A stretch of 20,000 bases of DNA. It comes from an uncultured virus (IMG/VR IMGVR_UViG_3300020049_007132) (Duplodnaviria; Heunggongvirae; Uroviricota; Caudoviricetes; Crassvirales). The stretch lies in the IMG/VR virus record IMGVR_UViG_3300020049_007132; one strand, 5' to 3'. The notes under the pieces were generated by a model. The model was not told where the DNA came from. It saw only the letters and a list, made by a program, of their open reading frames with translations, and did not search any database. This document shows positions 17,828-20,000 of this stretch, in pieces. A program made the translations under genes and the position numbers. Each line of letters opens with the position of its first letter. Within the stretch, counting starts at the first letter, position 1.

Positions 17828-18259
17828 TTAAACTGTTACTAATTCGGGCTTATTTGCTTCCGCTATCTTTACCAACTGTTTTACTATGTAGTAAGCCAAT
17901 TTAATAGGGTCGGTATCTTTGCGGGCTATCATCTTGCTTTTTATCCTTTTACCAAGTGAGCCGGATTGCTCAAAACGGAAGTATTGTTTAGGATGCTCAA
18001 AATACCACTGTGAACCACAAAATACATGGGAGGAAAACATGCGGCTATTTTCACGATAGCCATTAGCCCAAGTTTCTTTTGGGTCAAGACTTCCCCAGAT
18101 ATAAAGGGAATGGCAAATATTAGCATCGAAGCGACAAACGAAGTAAGGGAATAGCTTTTCGCCTTCAGCCCTTACGATGTCGGCAATTTGTTTGAATGGT
18201 TCAGGCTGTTCACTATGTAAGTGAGCGTGAATGTCTGTAATTACGGATGTGGTTGTCAT
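17828..18259 (-). CDS. Hypothetical protein (143 aa)
   Basis: Start motif AAAAACTTCACAAA-ATG; directly downstream of a consensus promoter. Confidence 0.78.
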   Translation of the reverse strand: MTTTSVITDIHAHLHSEQPEPFKQIADIVRAEGEKLFPYFVCRFDANICHSLYIWGSLDPKETWANGYRENSRMFSSHVFCGSQWYFEHPKQYFRFEQSGSLGKRIKSKMIARKDTDPIKLAYYIVKQLVKIAEANKPELVTV

Positions 18260-18290
18260 TTTGTGAAGTTTTTAAGATTAAATTAATGAA

Positions 18291-18357
18291 ACAAATTTAC
18301 GTGTAAGTTTTACTGATTGCAACTATTTTCGACAAACTGCCAAAAATCTTCGACGAA
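18291..18357 (-). promoter_or_regulatory. Bacteroidota-type promoter TTG-N20-TAAATTTG with two upstream TCGAC boxes
   Basis: -7 element at 18292-18299, -33 TTG at 18320-18322, TCGAC at 18329 and 18350. Confidence 0.75.
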
Positions 18358-18360
18358 ATA

Positions 18361-18819
18361 CTAAAAGTGAACTAACATACCTATTCCAATAACAGGCTGA
18401 AACCTATTATTTAAACTGATCTCATATTTAACTGAAACCTCTTTATTTACTTCTTGCTCCAAATAGCCGCCTATTGTCATCCCATGTGAAACCCTTTTCA
18501 TTTCGTTGTTTGGAATAGAGGACAAAGAATAACCCACAAAAGGAACTAAGTTACATTCACGATCAAGAGAAAAGGAATAGCCGGATCGCACCTGAAAAAA
18601 TTTAGGGGCTTCAACCTTTGGAGATAAAGTGATAATTTGATTGTACTCAATAACAAAGGACTGAACCGGAACAGATACCGTTAAATTAGCCGATATAAAG
18701 CCTTTAGGCGACTTTGGAACGTATGCAGCAGATAAAGCAACAGATTGACCAAAAGCATAACAAGTATGCAAGGTACATGCAGCAATCAGAAACAAGGTAA
18801 TGAGAGTTATTTTTTTCAT
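18361..18819 (-). CDS. Putative small outer-membrane beta-barrel protein
   Basis: N-terminal signal peptide, alternating amphipathic beta-strands (FFQVRSGYSF, LVPFVGYS, VSVKYEI) and a C-terminal VIGIGMLVHF ending in Phe. Confidence 0.65.
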   Translation of the reverse strand: MKKITLITLFLIAACTLHTCYAFGQSVALSAAYVPKSPKGFISANLTVSVPVQSFVIEYNQIITLSPKVEAPKFFQVRSGYSFSLDRECNLVPFVGYSLSSIPNNEMKRVSHGMTIGGYLEQEVNKEVSVKYEISLNNRFQPVIGIGMLVHF

Positions 18820-18870
18820 TTCGTGAAGTTTTTAAGTATTAAGGTTATTAAGGGGTTAAAAAAGTAAGTA

Positions 18871-19275
18871 TTATAAGTATCTTTTTTCGGCTTCTATTGA
18901 TGTAATAGGATTGTAAGATGTTCCCATAATATTTTCATATCCCCAAAACTGTAGTAAGTCTGATAGTTTATTCACGAATGAATATTTTAACCATTCATCC
19001 TTACTGCATCCATTCCATGCCAGGAAAGTAGTAATGTCATTACTATCAGGAAATTCATTCCCGTTAATATATCCGTTTACAGTTTCTTCTGTGATAAAGC
19101 CAGTATCAAATAAATTTCCGTAACCGGCATCATCTTTGGTGGTAGAATACACTACAAAATATTCATCTTCCCGTCCGTCCTTAATATATGGCTGAACTAA
19201 TAGTCCATATTCAAATAAGCTGATTTCATTACTTGAATCAGTTCCGAAAAAAGTTGGTTTAGTTTTAGTTTTCAT
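18871..19275 (-). CDS. Hypothetical protein (134 aa), first gene of the - strand array
   Basis: Start motif AAAAACTTCACACA-ATG; promoter immediately upstream. Confidence 0.8.
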   Translation of the reverse strand: MKTKTKPTFFGTDSSNEISLFEYGLLVQPYIKDGREDEYFVVYSTTKDDAGYGNLFDTGFITEETVNGYINGNEFPDSNDITTFLAWNGCSKDEWLKYSFVNKLSDLLQFWGYENIMGTSYNPITSIEAEKRYL

Positions 19276-19313
19276 TGTGTGAAGTTTTTAGGTGAAATAA
19301 TTAAATTGAATAC

Positions 19314-19400
19314 ACAAATTTACGTGTAAAAAACTTGTTTTATAATTTATTCTACCAACTCCTCAATACCTTCGACCAACACCTCCAACCCATCGACAAA
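19314..19400 (-). promoter_or_regulatory. Bacteroidota-type promoter (TTA-N20-TAAATTTG) with three 21-bp-spaced TC(G/T)AC boxes
   Basis: The 16-mer ACAAATTTACGTGTAA at 19314-19329 is identical to 18291-18306. Boxes at 19351, 19372 and 19393. Confidence 0.7.
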
Positions 19401-19850
19401 CAAAACCTACCCTATAACCCCCAACAGCCAAAAACAACTTGTCCCCATTTACCCCAACAGACCAACAGATCATCAACCCATCCAAACAAAATACCACCAA
19501 CAAAACAATACAACCCATAAAAACACACTTACCCCAATACATAGCACGTACCACAAAGCACACAAACCCATCAAGACAACAGCAAACAACAAAGGCAATA
19601 GAATAGACCATAACCACACAGCCACACAATACAACCCACCTAAAACACCTTTCCCCCACCACACACAGTACCACAACAAAGCACAATCCAACAACAGCAA
19701 CCAGGCACAACAGATCATCACACTAACAGACCACAGCACCAACAAATAACCAGGCAAGCAACCAAAAACAAAAGCATTCTTTTCGTACAGGCAAAACAGA
19801 CCCCCACCACCCCCGCCACCCACCTTCCAAAATCAAAAGACTACCCCGCC
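19350..19850. other. Non-coding, strongly strand-skewed C/A-rich tract ending in C runs
   Basis: The + strand is almost entirely A and C; recurrent AACCCA/ACCACA units; 13-bp direct repeat CAACAGATCATCA at 19463 and 19708. Confidence 0.8.
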
Positions 19851-19860
19851 ATTTTGTACG

Positions 19861-20000
19861 GGGGGGTTGGGATGCTGCTTTTATTTTATCCGCATAAGCA
19901 TCTGTGATCTCTTTTACTTTCGCTGAATTATCAGGTTCTTTGTAACCTGCTTTTTGTTCTTTTGATAACTTTATTCCGATACTTTCTTTAAAGGCAATTA
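19861..20000 (-). repeat. Inverted copy of 2574-2713 (140 bp, 1 mismatch), runs off the window end
   Basis: The reverse complement matches the 5' part of the 1271-aa gene; the only difference is at 19963/2611 (TCC to TCA, Ser). Confidence 0.95.

Larger units (their letters stand above)
14547..19290 (-). promoter_or_regulatory. Dispersed start-associated motif AAACTTC(A/G)N2-5ATG in front of - strand genes
   Basis: Present before the ATGs at 19275, 18819, 18259, 17797, 17433, 17155, 16943, 16363, 16138, 15271 and 15044, with variants at 15613 and 14549. Confidence 0.85.
1..20000. mobile_element. Bacteriophage genome segment (Caudoviricetes-like; probable Bacteroidota host): late virion/membrane block on +, early small-gene block on -
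   Basis: Gly/Thr/Ala-rich tail-fibre-like ORFs, a large helical virion-type protein, a small membrane-gene cluster and a dense array of small ORFs. No housekeeping genes. TAnnTTTG promoter elements and A-rich leaders without SD sequences are typical of Bacteroidota. Confidence 0.9.

Noticed and set aside
13771..18126. + strand and alternate-frame ORFs inside the early block (13771-14046, 14803-15066, 16498-16767, 17941-18126 and others)
   Set aside because: Fully overlap better-supported genes that carry the conserved start motif.
14547..19400. CRISPR array or integron attC cassette array
   Set aside because: The repeats are short (up to 16 bp), separated by whole genes and not attC-like hairpins; no cas or integrase gene is seen.
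19335..19823. ORFs in the C/A tract (Cys/Val/Trp/Gly-rich on -, Pro/Gln/Thr-rich on +)
   Set aside because: Open frames and odd composition follow from the base skew; several frames are open at once and the starts are poor.
19861..20000. Diversity-generating retroelement template repeat
   Set aside because: Only one A-to-C difference despite many adenines, it is synonymous, the target is N-terminal, and there is no reverse transcriptase in the window.
1..20000. Stop-codon reassignment as in some crAss-like phages
   Set aside because: Coding density is high under the standard code, and TAG and TGA end genes at normal boundaries (2435, 11186, 12139, 12471).
1..20000. tRNA or rRNA genes
   Set aside because: No cloverleaf or T-loop GTTC(G)A context was recognised in the intergenic gaps.

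Overview
The window looks like part of a tailed-phage genome, probably infecting a Bacteroidota host: it has TAnnTTTG promoters and A-rich leaders without Shine-Dalgarno sequences. There are two convergent blocks. The + strand (1-13599) is a late/virion block. It carries tail-fibre and receptor-binding genes, a 1271-aa helical internal-virion-type protein and a glycoside-hydrolase-like spike whose catalytic nucleophile appears substituted. It then has a cluster of small membrane proteins that includes a stand-alone PAS-domain protein and a short Pro-rich-tailed peptide, and it ends with a secreted alpha/beta hydrolase. The - strand (19275-13662) is an early-type array of small genes. Almost all of them start with the motif AAACTTCAN(2-4)ATG. 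The array is driven by two near-identical promoters with 21-bp-spaced TCGAC boxes, includes an outer-membrane beta-barrel-like gene and ends in an orphan ParB-like gene. Beyond it lie a ~500-bp C/A-skewed non-coding tract and C/G runs. The last 140 bp are an inverted copy of 2574-2713 with one synonymous difference, which is either a chimera or a real rearrangement. All family calls come from motif recognition by eye, with no database searches.
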